From an uncultured Gemmatimonadaceae bacterium (GTDB taxonomy: Bacteria > Gemmatimonadota > Gemmatimonadetes > Gemmatimonadales > Gemmatimonadaceae), in assembly GCA_963829055.1 (NCBI GenBank), contig CAWHHI010000012.1:320001-384000 (forward strand): a stretch of 64,000 bases of DNA. The letters are read 5' to 3'. Below are positions 9,309 through 23,349 of this stretch, piece after piece (position 1 is the first letter of the stretch; each line of letters opens with the position of its first letter). The translations under genes were made by a program, and so were the position numbers. The notes under the pieces are model-generated. The model did not search any database. It saw only the letters and a list, made by a program, of their open reading frames with translations, and was not told where the DNA came from.

Positions 9309-10019
9309 TCAGCGAGCGGGTGTGAAGAGATCGGCGACGCGACCGGCGAGACCAGCGGCGATCGCGGGTGAGAACGTGCGCGCGACGTCGCCGGAGACGT
9401 CGCCCATCCACGTGATCCTCGCGGCGCGCGTATCGACGACGACGAGCATGAAGGCGTCGCGCGACCGCCGCCGCTCGCGTCAGGCGCCAGCCGCATCTCG
9501 ACCGGCACGAACGCGTAGCGCGCGTTGAACAGGCCAGCGAACGCGCGCAGCTGCCCCGCGAGCGGCTCGGCGATGATCTTGTTGGGATCACGCTCGACGG
9601 GCGCGAGCGGGTCGACGCGCGATGGCGTACGGGTCCGACGCGTAGCCCGGGTTCCGCCGCGCCGCACGCGCGAGATCTGCCGGGAATGCCCACTTGCCCT
9701 TGAACGCGCGCTCACGAACGGCGAACGCGATCTCATCGTCGACGGTAGTCAGGTACGCGCGTTGGTCGCCGACGTGGCTGCTCCACTCGGGCACCGTGAA
9801 GCGAAGTGCCTGCAGCGGAAGCACGACCAGCGGCTCGGTGCGAGAGCGGCGCGAGAATGCCTCGCGTTGCGCCTGTGCGCCGCTGGAGACGGACGCTCGT
9901 GCGCTCGCGGTGGACCATGCGGTCGGTGCAGACGCAGCGGCCGCCGGAGTCGAGGCGGGGCGCGCACAGCTCCGCGACGAGCACGCGAGCAGGATGAGTC
10001 GGGAGAGTGAGGCAGTCAC
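9309..10019 (-). CDS. Hypothetical exported/lipoprotein-like protein (frameshifted)
   Basis: Coding-like pieces in three frames: PLVVLPLQAL..DDEIAFAVRER..NPGYASDPY; IAEPLAGQLRAFAGLFNARYAFVPVEMR; ITWMGDVSGD..GRVADLFTPAR*. Confidence 0.55.
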
Positions 10020-10155
10020 AGTGGCGGATTGGTAGAGCAAAGGTAACCACGCTGAAGAAGACGCGGCACCGGTGCGTTGATCGCTGATCTTCCGGTTGAT
10101 TCCGCTCGGGCAGCGACCAATTTGGCGGCAACGATACCCCAGGGACGGCACGCGC

Positions 10156-12283
<2,128 letters not shown>

Positions 12284-12345
12284 CGCGAGCTGATGCGATG
12301 CAGCTCGCGCCGCGCAGACGTTCACAGTGCAGCTCAGCAGTACTC

Positions 12346-14742
12346 ATGCGATTGGTGCTCGATCGGCTCGCGTTCGGAGTGCCGCGTAGCGATCGCCGCG
12401 TGCAGCGCGTTAGGCGCCCAGTCCGCGGCGACCACGACGAGCGCGTTCGACTTCTCCATTCCGAGCATCATGCGCGGCCCCGAGCTCTACGGTCGCGAAC
12501 CGCAGCGCGTCCAGTGGAGCGCCGACAGCCAGTGGATCTACTTCCAGTGGAATCCCGCCGGGCACCGACTGGCGTGAGCCGGCGCACCTGTATCGCGTCC
12601 GTGCCGCCGGCGGCGCCGCTCCCGAGCGCGTGAGCGACGCGCAGGCGGACAGCGTCGGCGCCGCTGCTCGAGACCGGCGATCTCGCACGCGACAGGCGCT
12701 CGCGCGTCGTCTCGTCGCAGGGCGACCTGTACATCGTGTCGCTTCCCACCGGGCACCGTTCGTCGGCTCACGCAAACCGTCGCCGACGAGCGAGACCCAC
12801 ATTTCTCCGCCGACGGCCGTCGCGTCTTCTTCGTCCGCGACAACAACGTGTTCTCGATCGACCTCGATGGCGGGCTCGTTCGACAACTGACCGACGTCCG
12901 CGCCGGCCCTGCCCCGAAGGACTCGGCGAAGGCCACAAGGGCAGCGCGGCACGCTCGAGGCGCAGCAGCGCGAGCTGTTCGACGTCATTCGCGATCGCGT
13001 GCGTCAGGACAGCATTCGCGAGGCTGAAGCAGAAGGCGCGCGAAGCGTTGCGCGTGAAGCCGTTCTATCTCGGCACGAACGAGCGCATCGCGTCGCTGTC
13101 CGTGTCGCCGACGGCGAACGCGCTGCTGCTCGTGACGTCGGTGCAGGCGGACAAGGCCGCGCAGACGCGCGTGCCGAACTACGTCACGACGAGCGGCTAC
13201 ACCGAGGAGCTCACCGTCCGCACGAAGGTCGGCGACGCGCAGAGCGGCGGTCGCGTCGCCTACATGAAGTTGCCGAGCGGCGACCTCACGTGGCTGCAGG
13301 TGGTGCCGTCGGATACGACGCAGACCGCCATCGCAGGCGACGACGTTAGGCTGGACCGACGACGGCAGTGCCGCGCTCATCTTCGCCGAGGCGCGCGACT
13401 ACAAGGTCGCGGTACATCCACAGGCTGGACGCGGCGACGGGCAAGCTGCAGACGCTCGATGTCGCTGCGCGACAGCGCGTGGGTCGGCGGGCCGTGCTAC
13501 GGCTGCGGCGGCTGGTACGACGGCGGCAAGCGCCTCTGGTTCGTATCGGAAGCGGACGGCTACGCGCATCTCTACACAATGGACGCGACGGCGGCGATCG
13601 ACGCCAGCTCACCAGCGGCAAGTGGGAAGTAACGGCTGCCCAGCTCTCGCGCCGACGGACGCTCGTTCGAGATCCACACGAGCGAGGCGTCGCCGTTCGA
13701 GCAGCATTTCTATCGCATGCCGGTGACCGGTGGCGCGCGCGAGCGGCTCACGACGAGAGTCGGCGGCCACAACGTCGATCGTGTCGCCCGACGGGACGAT
13801 GCTCGCCGACGTCTTCTCGACGTCGAACGACCGCCGGAGCTGTTCGTGATGCGGAATCGCGCCGGCGCGATCGCCGACGCAGCTCACGACGTCGCCGTCC
13901 GCCGAGTGGCTCGCGTTCAACTGGATCGTGCCGGAGATCGTGATGGTCCCGGCGTCGGACGGCGTGCAGGTGCCGGCGCGCATCTATCGGCCGAAGGACA
14001 TGGGCGCACAGCCTAACGGCGCCGCCGTGATCTTCGTGCACGGCGCGGGATACCTGCACAACGTGCACAACTATTGGTCGACGTATTCGCGCGAGTACAT
14101 GTTCAACCAGTACCTCGCGTCGAAGGGCTACGTCGTGCTCGACCTCGACTATCGCGGCTCCGCGGGCTACGGCCGCGACTGGCGCACGGCGATCTACCGC
14201 TGGATGGGTGGGCGCGACCTGCAGGACCACGTCGACGGCTCGCGGTATCTGGCAGAAGGAGTTCGGCATCGATCCCGAGCGCATCGGCATCTACGGCGGC
14301 AGCTACGGCGGCTTCATCACGCTGATGGCGCTGTTCACGGAGCCGAAGCACTTCGGCGCCGGCGCCGGCCTGCGCAGCGTCACCGACTGGGCGCACTACA
14401 ACCATCGGTACACGGCGCGCATTCTCAACCAGCCGCAGGACGACACGCTCGCGTATCGCCGCTCGTCGCCGATCTACTTCGCGGAGGGGCTCGAGGATCC
14501 GCTGCTCATGGCGCACGGCATGGTCGACGTGAACGTGCACTTCCAGGACATCGTCCGGCTGACGCAGCGGCTGATCGAGCTCGGCAAGACAGGACTGGGA
14601 GCTCGCGCCGTATCCGGTCGAGGACCACGGCTTCGTGCGGCCGTCGTCGTGGACGGACGAGTATCGACGCATCTTCGAGCTGTTCGAGACGCACCTGGCT
14701 CGCCGTGGGCCTGGCGCTTCCGCGACGGGAGGAGCTCGCTGA
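12346..14742 (+). CDS. S9 family prolyl oligopeptidase / dipeptidyl peptidase (multiple frameshifts)
   Basis: Beta-propeller region, then [25 protein letters not shown] (catalytic Ser), HGMVDVNV (Asp) and EDHGF (His). Stop TGA at 14740-14742; start approximate. Confidence 0.88.
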
Positions 14743-14997
14743 TGCGTGACAGGGGAATAGCGTTAGGCAACCGCGCCGCTTGCTGCGGCGGGCGGAGTCA
14801 CCGAGGCCCTCGGATGGCTGGCCCGACTTCGACGCGTAGCGAACGTCGTGCGGACGATCGTCGGCGCGCCGGACTACGATCGGTACCTGACGCACATGGC
14901 TGCGCATCACCCGGGCTGCGACGTGGTATCGCGCGACGAGTTCATGAAGCAGCGACTCGAGAGCAGATACTCGCGACCTGGCTCGCGCTGCTGCTGA
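14742..14997 (+). CDS. YbdD/YjiX family small protein (CstA-associated)
   Basis: Not in the ORF track. [52 protein letters not shown] overlaps the S9 stop; one apparent frameshift in the N-terminus. Confidence 0.85.
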
Positions 14998-15029
14998 CGG
15001 CGGCTCCATCGACGCCCTCATCCGTGGCG

Positions 15030-16295
15030 TCACGGCTCGGAAACCGGTAGTCGCGGTGACGCCGCGCTAGGCGTCAGCAGCCGGGCTCCGGTCGATAGCT
15101 GCGGCCGCACGGCCAGTAAGACAATCGCGGCCGCGACCGCCAACGCGGCGCCAAGGTCGAACGCCGCGGTCGGCCCGTAGCGATCCCACACGGCACCGAA
15201 CAGCAGCGACGCCGGCAGTGCGCCGATCCCGATCGCGAGATTGTACCAGCCAAACGCCGTTCCGCGGCGACGCTGCCCCACGAGATCCGCCACGAGAGCG
15301 CGTTCCGTTCCCTCGGTGAGGCCGAAGAAGATCCCGTAGGTCAGGAACAAGACCCACGCGTGCCACGTCGCCGTCGCACGTCCAAAGGCGAAGTACACCG
15401 CGGCGTAGACCGCCCAGCCGGCGAGAATCAATGGTTTGCGTCCCAGGCGATCGGACAGCGCACCGCCCGGCACGCTGGCGGCCGACTTCACGACGTGCAA
15501 TGCCGCCCAGAGGATCGGCACGAGCGCGACCGATACGCCGAGCTGGTTCGCGCGCAGGATGAGAAACGCGTCCGTGGAGTTGCCGAGCGTGAACAACAGG
15601 ACGGACGCGAAGAACGTCCAGAATGGACGGCCAAGCTCGGCCGCACCGGCTGCCGATACCTGCGGAGCGGCGGTTGGTTCCGAGGCCGGGACGTCCCGCG
15701 GCGTCTCGCGAACACCGGCGACCAGAACAATGACTGACAGCACCCCTGGTATCGCCGCGAGCAGGAAGACGGTTCGCAGTGGAATGTGCTCCCACTTGAG
15801 CAGGGCGAACGCGATGAGTGGACCCACCACTGCGCCCGCGTGATCCGCCGAGCGGTGAAAGCCGAAGGCGCGACCACGAATCGACGGGTGCACAGATTCA
15901 GCGATCAACGCGTCCCGGGGCGCGCCGCGCACGCCCTTCCCCACCCGATCCACGAGGCGGATAGCCAGAACCTGCGTTGCCGATTGCGCGATGCCGATCA
16001 ACGGCCTCGCCAGTGACGCGAGCGCGTATCCCGCCACGACGAGCGGCTTCCGCCGGCTCACACGATCCGACCACCAGCCACTCGCGAGCTTGAGAAGCGC
16101 GGACGTCGTCTCCGCCGCGCCTTCGATCGCGCCAACGGCCGAAGCACTCGCGCCAAGTACCGTCGTCAGGAAAATCGGCAGTAGCGGGTAGATGATCTCG
16201 CTCGACGCGTCGGTCAGGAACGAAACGGCGGCGAGCACGAGCACGTTGCGGCCGAGGCGCGGAATGCCGCCGGGCGTGGCGGATTGATCAGACAT
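15030..16295 (-). CDS. MFS transporter
   Basis: 12-TM pattern; [12 protein letters not shown] and [11 protein letters not shown] motif-A copies. Confidence 0.92.
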   Translation of the reverse strand: MSDQSATPGGIPRLGRNVLVLAAVSFLTDASSEIIYPLLPIFLTTVLGASASAVGAIEGAAETTSALLKLASGWWSDRVSRRKPLVVAGYALASLARPLIGIAQSATQVLAIRLVDRVGKGVRGAPRDALIAESVHPSIRGRAFGFHRSADHAGAVVGPLIAFALLKWEHIPLRTVFLLAAIPGVLSVIVLVAGVRETPRDVPASEPTAAPQVSAAGAAELGRPFWTFFASVLLFTLGNSTDAFLILRANQLGVSVALVPILWAALHVVKSAASVPGGALSDRLGRKPLILAGWAVYAAVYFAFGRATATWHAWVLFLTYGIFFGLTEGTERALVADLVGQRRRGTAFGWYNLAIGIGALPASLLFGAVWDRYGPTAAFDLGAALAVAAAIVLLAVRPQLSTGARLLTPSAASPRLPVSEP

Positions 16296-16353
16296 GACCA
16301 GAAGCTACGGTCGCGGCATCGTGTGCGCCCGGCGACGCCGGTTAGAATTACGC

Positions 16354-17559
16354 ATGCCCACGACGCGCGTGTCCGACTCCCCGACGACCCGCACGCACCG
16401 CGCTTTGACGGACGCGCATGCGCGGATCGCCGCGCGCGACGCCGCGATCATCCGCACGCAGATCGCCGTCTCGCAGATCGCCGCACCAACCGGCGACGAG
16501 GGGCTGCGTGCGGCGTGGGTGCAGGCGAAGCTTCGGTCGATGGGACTGCATGATGCGCACATTGATTCCGCCGGGAATGTCGTCGCGACGCGGTTCGGGC
16601 TGGCGCACACGCAACCGGTGCTCGTGTGTGCGCACCTCGACACCGTCTTCGCACGCGATGTCGCGCTCACGTTTCGTCAGGAGGGGGATCGCGTGACGGG
16701 TCCCGGCATTGGCGACAACGGTCGCGGGTTGGCGGCCATGCTCGCGATCGCCGAGGAGATGGACGGTCGCGGGTTGCGGACGCGGCGACCGATCGTGTTC
16801 GCGGCGACCACGGGTGAGGAAGGCGCGGGTGATCTTCGTGGCGCGAAGCACCTGTTCGCGCATCTATCCGACGAGCCGGCGGCCGCGATCGCGCTCGATG
16901 GCGCCGGCGACGAGCGCATCGTCCACAAGGCGCTCGGCTCGCGCCGTTATCACATTGCGTTTCGTGGTCCCGGCGGCCACAGCTGGGCGGCGTTCGGGAT
17001 ACCTAACGCGGTGCATGCGGCGGCATCGGCGGCGTCGATGCTGGCATCGCTTCCGTTGCCCAAGACGCCGCGCACGACGCTCTCGGTGAGCCGCATCGGT
17101 GGCGGCACGTCGATCAATTCGATCCCCGAGCAGGGCTGGCTCGAGGTGGATCTGCGATCGACGTCGGCGTCGGTGCTCGAGCGGTTCGATCGCGAGGTCC
17201 GGATCATCGTTCGTGCGGCGGCACAGCAGGAGAACGCGCGCCGCGCCACAGCGACGCCCCCGCTGGCGTACGACGTGATGGTGATCGGCGATCGACCGTC
17301 CGGCGAGATCTCCGCCGACCATCCGCTGGTGCTGAGCGCGATCGAGGCGACGCAGCTCATCGATCGTGAGCCTGAGCTGGCGGCGGCGTCTACCGACGCA
17401 AACGTGCCGATCGCGGCGGGAATTCCTGCGATCGCGATCGGTGCCGGCGGCCGCGGTGGCGACGCGCACACGGCCGGCGAGTGGTACCACAACATCGAGG
17501 GCACACTCGGCATCGCCCGCGCGATGACGATCCTCGCGACAGCGGCGGAGCTGGCCTAA
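16354..17559 (+). CDS. M20/M25/M40 family metallo-hydrolase
   Basis: AHLDTV, GIGDNGRG, TGEEG, GPGGHSW and STDAN motifs. Start uncertain. Confidence 0.88.
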   Translation: MPTTRVSDSPTTRTHRALTDAHARIAARDAAIIRTQIAVSQIAAPTGDEGLRAAWVQAKLRSMGLHDAHIDSAGNVVATRFGLAHTQPVLVCAHLDTVFARDVALTFRQEGDRVTGPGIGDNGRGLAAMLAIAEEMDGRGLRTRRPIVFAATTGEEGAGDLRGAKHLFAHLSDEPAAAIALDGAGDERIVHKALGSRRYHIAFRGPGGHSWAAFGIPNAVHAAASAASMLASLPLPKTPRTTLSVSRIGGGTSINSIPEQGWLEVDLRSTSASVLERFDREVRIIVRAAAQQENARRATATPPLAYDVMVIGDRPSGEISADHPLVLSAIEATQLIDREPELAAASTDANVPIAAGIPAIAIGAGGRGGDAHTAGEWYHNIEGTLGIARAMTILATAAELA

Positions 17560-17565
17560 CGCGGC

Positions 17566-17830
17566 GTCATCCCGAGCGCCAGCGCGAGGAGCGCACGACG
17601 AGCCTCGGGAGGTCATCGTGCCGGCTGGCGTTCTGCGACTCGACGGCGGAACGCAGAGCGCCTGACGCGCAGACGACGCAGAAAGATGAACAATTGCATG
17701 CCGTTTCTGCGAGGTCTGAGCGCTCAGAGCCGTCTGCGTTGCGTAGTGCCAGCCGCCTGGATCGAAATCGAGGCCGGCACTGCCGGCCCGATAACGGTCG
17801 AGAAGGTCCCTCGCTGGCGCTCGGGATGAC
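17566..17830. repeat. GTCATCCCGAGCG-type REP-like inverted pair
   Basis: gtcatcccgagcgccagcgcgagg ... cctcgctggcgctcgggatgac. Confidence 0.75.
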
Positions 17831-17835
17831 AGTGA

Positions 17836-18286
17836 TCACCCCTGCCTGAGCGCGCAGCCCCAGACGAACACGAACGCCGCCAGTACGAAGTGGAAGACGA
17901 TCGGGATGAGCACGCCGCGGCGCTCCGGACGCGCAAGCGCGTAGCGTATCGCCCGTACGACCATGCCGAGCGCGTACACGTAGCTCCCCCAGATCAGCCA
18001 CGCGCCAGCGACCGGCGATCCAACGCCTAACGGGACGAACTGTCCACGTCACCGACGATACGACCATCGTCATGAACACGACGAACGCGATCTGCGTCGG
18101 CAGCAGGTAGCGGTACGGCATGAGCCCGGAATACCACCGGGCCATTGGCGGCAGCCACTGTGGCGCTCTGGTCGCGACAACGATCTGGCCGACCACGCGC
18201 AGCACGAACAGCCCAAGCAGCACACCGAGGACGAGTGCACTGACGCGTGCGGGCAGCGTCAGCACGAGCGGTGGGTTCGGAAGCAC
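17836..18286 (-). CDS. Hypothetical membrane protein (frameshift near 18030)
   Basis: Hydrophobic; WLPPMARWYSGLMPYRYLL, continuing in another frame to LIPIVFHFVLAAFVFVWG*. Confidence 0.65.
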
Positions 18287-18316
18287 GCCCTGTCCGGTGG
18301 TACGGAGCGCTCGCGG

Positions 18317-19447
18317 CTACGCCGCGGGCCGGCCGGCTGACGTCGCCGCGATCCGCTCCGCCGCGAGTGCCGCGTCGCGCCGGATGTTGTACAGACCACC
18401 CGTGGCGTCGTACGTATGACCTACGAAGTAGAGGTGCGGCTGATCGGCGCTCGTCACGCGGTCTGTGCGGAGCGCGAATCCCTTGGCGTCCGTTCGAACC
18501 AGGCCGCCTAACGGGGAGAGCGCCGGCGTGAATCCCGTCGCGAAGATGACGTCGTCGAACGGCTCCTCGACGCCATCAGTGAAGCGGACGCCAGTCTCCG
18601 TGAACGACGCGACGCCCGGACGCATCGCGACGGCTCCCGCACGAATGGCATCGACCAGATGGAATCCGATGAGCGGGATCGAGTCCAGCACGCCGTGCGA
18701 TGGCCTTGGCAGCACGGGCTTCCCGCGCCGAAGTTCGGTGACCTTGCCCATGGCGCTGGCAATCGCGCGGCGCGCGCCAACGGGCAAGCCGCGCATCGCG
18801 AACGCGAGGTACTGGATCGGGATACCCGCGATCCGCAGAGGCACGACGTTCGCGCCCGAGCGCACTGCGACCGCGACGTGCGCGCCCGAGCGTGCCAGCT
18901 CGCTCGCGATCTCGCCGCCAGAGTTGCCCACACCGATCACGAGGACGCGACGGCCCTCGAAGCCAACCGGGTTGCGATACTCGACGCTGTGGCAAACGCG
19001 GCCACGGTAGCGTTCACGTCCTGGCACGCTCGGCGTACGCGGCGCGGCGACAATGCCGGTCGCCACGACGACATCGCGTGCAGCGATATCCGTCTTCGTC
19101 GTTCGCACGATCCATTCGTCGCCATGTCGGTCGACCGCGGTGACGGTCACGCCGGTCTCGACAGGCAGCTCGAGCACTTCCACGTAGCGATGCAGATACG
19201 CGACGAAGTCGCGACGGCTCGGGAAGATCGGCACGCGTCGGTCGAACGACATTCCTGGCAGCGTCGACAGGTGCTTGCCTGTATGCAACGTTAGGCTGTC
19301 GTAGAGGTGCATCCAGGTGTGGCCCGCTGATGTGCCACGCTCGAGCACCACATGCCCGATGCCACGTCTCCGCAACTCGGCCGACGTCGCCAGGCCGGCA
19401 GGGCCGCCACCCACCACGACCACTGGGTACCGCTCAGCGGTCGACAA
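18317..19447 (-). CDS. Flavin-containing monooxygenase family (NAD(P)/FAD-dependent oxidoreductase)
   Basis: VGGGPAG, HSVEYRNP, IGVGNSGGEIA and FATGF motifs. Confidence 0.9.
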   Translation of the reverse strand: MSTAERYPVVVVGGGPAGLATSAELRRRGIGHVVLERGTSAGHTWMHLYDSLTLHTGKHLSTLPGMSFDRRVPIFPSRRDFVAYLHRYVEVLELPVETGVTVTAVDRHGDEWIVRTTKTDIAARDVVVATGIVAAPRTPSVPGRERYRGRVCHSVEYRNPVGFEGRRVLVIGVGNSGGEIASELARSGAHVAVAVRSGANVVPLRIAGIPIQYLAFAMRGLPVGARRAIASAMGKVTELRRGKPVLPRPSHGVLDSIPLIGFHLVDAIRAGAVAMRPGVASFTETGVRFTDGVEEPFDDVIFATGFTPALSPLGGLVRTDAKGFALRTDRVTSADQPHLYFVGHTYDATGGLYNIRRDAALAAERIAATSAGRPAA

Positions 19448-20102
19448 GCAGCATCCCGCCCCGGTAGAAGCAGTACAGCGCGGCCATCTGAACGACGTGA
19501 AAGAGGTCGTTGTGGTTGAAGTGCCGGTGCGGCGCGACGCGACGCGCCTGTATGACCGCCGCGACCACCGAGACAGCAACGCCGGCGATGAGCCAGGTAC
19601 TGCCGGGCAGGTGCCATCGCACCATCGCGTACACCGTCCCGGCGAGCAGAATCGCGAGCGCGCCGCCGTAGTCGGCGGCCGCGACGCGGAACTCCGGTCG
19701 ACGAGTCACGTTGATCCAGTAGACAACGAGCTTGAGTGCCGCGAAAACGAGGATCGCCGTGCGGGTGCTTCCGCGCGCGGCGAAGAATGCCACCGACGCC
19801 ACCGTACCGACGCCGATGAAGCCGGTCGCGTAGAGCGCCGCGCGCCACATCCGGTCGCGCCCAGCGGCATCGCTCCGCGGATCGAGGCCGTGTGCGACGG
19901 CGCCGAGAAACGCGGCGAGCGAGGTGGCGAGCAAGCCGCCCCCGAGTACGCTGGACGCCGCCACTCCCTGGGCGGCCCCATTCAGCGCGAGCCTGGCGGC
20001 GAGCACGAACGCAAACCCACCGAGGATGACATTCGTGAGCACCGTCATCGGTTCGGTGATGCCGTTCCACCGCGGCAGCGGGTCGGTGCCGACAGTGGTC
20101 AT
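19434..20102 (-). CDS. Multi-pass membrane protein (DUF6962-like)
   Basis: About 7 TM segments, N-terminal EPMT, C-terminal HFNHNDLFHVVQM. Confidence 0.65.
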   Translation of the reverse strand: MTTVGTDPLPRWNGITEPMTVLTNVILGGFAFVLAARLALNGAAQGVAASSVLGGGLLATSLAAFLGAVAHGLDPRSDAAGRDRMWRAALYATGFIGVGTVASVAFFAARGSTRTAILVFAALKLVVYWINVTRRPEFRVAAADYGGALAILLAGTVYAMVRWHLPGSTWLIAGVAVSVVAAVIQARRVAPHRHFNHNDLFHVVQMAALYCFYRGGMLLVDR

Positions 20103-20109
20103 GGTCGCC

Positions 20110-21556
20110 CTACGGCTCGAGAAGTGCGACGTGATGTCGGTACCATTCGCTCTGGAAACGCTCGTTAGGGTCGTAGTGCCGTTTGAGACGGAGGAACTCG
20201 GGAAACTCAGGGTAGCACCGCAGCAGCTGCGATCGCGTGGCGAACGTGTGATACGTCAGGAACCAACTGCCCTCACGACGCGCCGCCATCTCGATCAGGC
20301 GGCGGAACGCCGAGGCCGTGTGTTCGATGCCGTCCGCGGTGTGATGCGTGTGGAGATTGAAGATCGTACACGCGTACGGCTGCTTCGCCCACGCGAGAAA
20401 GCTCTCGGTATCCCGTTCGATGAGTCTGATCGTGCCGTAGATGCAGTCCACACGGTTCAGGCGGAAGTCATCCGCGGCCTCGGCGAGAAAATCGGGCAAC
20501 GACTCACGCGGCACGTACAGCTCACTGATGATCTCCGTGGCCGGACCAGACGCGTGTGATTCGTGATCGAGCCACGAGTGATAGTCGTCGATGTACGTGC
20601 TCAGTTGATGCGTATCTGACCAGTAGACCTGGCCGTTCGTGGCGAGATAGTGCCTGGTGTACGCATCCCACGCGCCCTGTTTGTCGAAGTGCGCGAGCCA
20701 CAGCAGCTTTTTCCAATCCGACGGCGACAGCGCGCGCTGTTGTTCGGGGATAGGTGTGTAGTTGGATACTGGGCGGTAGCACGAGAAGATGCCGCGTCTC
20801 AGGAAGTCGTCGGACGCGGGATCGAGCGCGAACTGGAAGTCCCCGAACTTGTATCCATCGGCGATGCGCTCATCGAACCGCGCGATCAGGCGTTCCGCTG
20901 TCTCGACCTCGACCGCGCGTCGCACCTTGTGCCTCGGCACGAGACGCACGGTCACAGTGTCGATGAAGCCGAACAGGCCGTATCCGCCGCACACGAGACG
21001 GAAGAGTTCCGGGTTCTCGCTACGGCTACACCGTCGACGCTCGCCACTGGCGTCAATGAGGGTGAGCGCTTCGACGTCGGCGACGAACGGACGCAGCGTC
21101 GAGGCCGCGGCCGTGCACGTTGGCACTCACGGCACCGCCGATGCTCAGGCGATCCGCGCCGGTCTGTTTCTGCTGGATTCCCCACTGTGCCTCGGCCCCG
21201 TTCTGACGTTCGACCAGCCAGTCGATGAGCTCGGGCCATTGCATGCCCGACTCGACCTCGATGAGGCCACGTTCGGCGTCGAAGTGTCGGACGCCACGGT
21301 ACGATTGGGTGTCGAGCAGGACCCCGCCCTGCGCGAATTGCTGCCCGCCCATAGCGTGGCGACCGCCGGCGACGCAGATGGTCCGGCCAGCCTCGCCTGC
21401 GGCGAGTATCGCGGCACGGGCGTCGTCCGCCGAGCGCACGGTGACGACGCGGTCGACGACGGTCGGGTTGAGGCGTGAGTGTACGTCGTTGACCACGACG
21501 CCCGACGGCGACGGCTCGTGGTAGGGCGGATCGACGCGGTTGGCTGCAGTAGGCAT
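20110..21556 (-). CDS. FAD-binding oxidoreductase (FAD-linked oxidase; frameshift near 21100)
   Basis: GGRHAMGGQ, SIGGAVSANVHGRG, GGYGLFG and KRHYDPNERFQS motifs. Confidence 0.88.
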
Positions 21557-21651
21557 TGGAGGTCCCTGAGGCCTGTTCCAGCTTCCGATTAGCTAGTTCG
21601 GAATCTGGACTCGCGGGCTCGTGTCCCCCATACGACGCTTTACGTAGACGG

Positions 21652-21815
21652 GCGTCATTACGAGGCGTTGTCATTCCGAGCGGAGGTCGTCGTCATTCCG
21701 AGCGAGCCGAGCGAGTCGAGGAATCGCGACCGTCCCGATAGAGGGGCCCCTCTACCCGGTATGATCGCGATTCCTCGACTGCGTCGCCCTCGGAACGCAT
21801 CCGCTCGGAGATGAC
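21652..21815. repeat. GTCATTCCGAGCG-type REP-like cluster
   Basis: Two gtcattccgagcg copies, an agtcgaggaatcgcga...tcgcgattcctcgact stem, and a closing cgctcggagatgac. Confidence 0.75.
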
Positions 21816-22801
21816 TACATCGCCCGTACCTCGGAGTCGTCACCCAGCGTCAACTCGCCATTGACGCCCTCGATCACCACCGAGTCGCCAATGAGCGAGT
21901 TCACCAGCTTCGAGCCCGTGATCTTCGTGCTCGAACCCACGAGCGTGTCCTTGAGCTCCGACTTCTCGATGACCGACCCGCGCCCGATCGACACGTTAGG
22001 ACCTATTCGCGCGCCTTTCAGCACCACGTCGTCCTCGATGTAGACGGGATCGATGATGGTCGAATCGCCGTCGGTCTTCGGCCGCCGCGCGTGGCCTTTC
22101 TCGAGCATCACGCGATTCGTCTCGAGCAGCGTGTCGATCTTCCCCGCGTCGTACCAGCCCTCGACGTCGATCACGCGGATCTTCGCGCCGTGGTCGATCA
22201 TGTACTGGAACGCGTCGGTGAGATAGTACTCGCCCTTGTTCTTGGGCTGCGTGAGCACCCAGTCGATGCCCTCGTAGAGCAGCTTCCAGTTCCGGATATA
22301 ATAGAGGCCGATGTTCGCGCGCTTGGAGATCGGCGTGCTCGGCTTCTCGACGATCTTCGTCATGTTGCCGTCGGCATCGGTGACGACGACGCCGAAGCGC
22401 TGATAGTCCTCGACTTCCTTGACCCAGATGATGCCGTCGGCGTCGATCGTCTTCGTGACCGACAGGTCCGCGTCGAAGATCGTGTCGACGAAGATGATCA
22501 GCACTGGCTGGTCGACGTGCTCACGCGCCAGCGCGATCGCGCCCGCCGTTCCGTCCTGCACCTTCTGCTCGATGAACACGCTCGGGATGTCGGCGAAGTT
22601 CGTCCGGGCATACTCCTCGACTTTCTCCTTGAGGTGCCCGGTGATGTAGACGATCTCCTCGACGTTGCCGAGTCGCCGCAGGTCGTCGAGGACGTACTCC
22701 ATCACCGGCTTGCCGGCGATCTTGAGCATCGGTTTCGGCGTGATGTGCGTGTGCGGGCGCAGGCGCGTGCCTTTGCCGGCGAGCGGAATGATCACCTTCA
22801 T
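21815..22801 (-). CDS. Sugar-phosphate nucleotidyltransferase with C-terminal hexapeptide-like region
   Basis: IIPLAGKGTRLRPHT..PKPML, EYYLTDA and WYDAG motifs. Confidence 0.92.
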   Translation of the reverse strand: MKVIIPLAGKGTRLRPHTHITPKPMLKIAGKPVMEYVLDDLRRLGNVEEIVYITGHLKEKVEEYARTNFADIPSVFIEQKVQDGTAGAIALAREHVDQPVLIIFVDTIFDADLSVTKTIDADGIIWVKEVEDYQRFGVVVTDADGNMTKIVEKPSTPISKRANIGLYYIRNWKLLYEGIDWVLTQPKNKGEYYLTDAFQYMIDHGAKIRVIDVEGWYDAGKIDTLLETNRVMLEKGHARRPKTDGDSTIIDPVYIEDDVVLKGARIGPNVSIGRGSVIEKSELKDTLVGSSTKITGSKLVNSLIGDSVVIEGVNGELTLGDDSEVRAM

Positions 22802-22811
22802 TGCGTGAGCC

Positions 22812-23185
22812 TCATGGTGCGCTGGTTCCCTCCCGTCCGTAGCGGTCTTTGAGTCGAACGACGTCGTCGAGCTCGGGCGTGCTCACTTCGAGCACGTCAC
22901 AGTCGGTGATCGCTTCCATGTAATGCACGGTGCCCGGCGTTATGCGGAAGGACTGGCCGGCCTCGAGCCGCATGTCGCGCAGTTCGCCGTCGACGCTTGA
23001 CCCAGTAGACGAGCTCGCCCGGACAGCAGATGCACGGTCTCGTCCTTCTGGTTGTGGTACTGCACCGACAGTGCCTGACCGGCGTTGATGTGCAGCATCT
23101 TCCCGCAATACCGGTCGGTGTGCGCCCAGATTGTTTCGTGTCCCCAGGGTTTGGGAACGTGTTTCACGTCGACGGGACCGGACAT
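22812..23185 (-). CDS. Cupin-domain protein (mannose-6-phosphate isomerase-like; frameshifted)
   Basis: KPWGHE..LSVQYHNQKDET, then ITPGTVH..EVSTPELDDVVRLKDRYGR. Confidence 0.85.
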
Positions 23186-23217
23186 GTGGGTCCGGGTAAA
23201 GTTGGGCGGAAATATAC

Positions 23218-23316
23218 GGGAACTGGGAACTGGGGACTGGGAATCAGAGGCTGCTTGCAGCGAGCTACGAGCGAGTAGCGCGCAGCCCGGTTCCCAGTCC
23301 CCGGTCCCCAGTCCCC
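23218..23316. repeat. Inverted heptamer arrays (GGGAACT/GGGGACT) around a hairpin
   Basis: gggaactgggaactggggactgggaa ... ttcccagtccccggtccccagtcccc. Confidence 0.8.
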
Positions 23317-23349
23317 GCAGTTGGCCTGCTTTCTGCCTGCTCAGGCCGC

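Noticed and set aside
14986..14997. TGA after RCC in the YbdD/YjiX gene as selenocysteine
   Set aside because: Both Cys codons are already present and RCC is the normal family terminus, so TGA is simply the stop.
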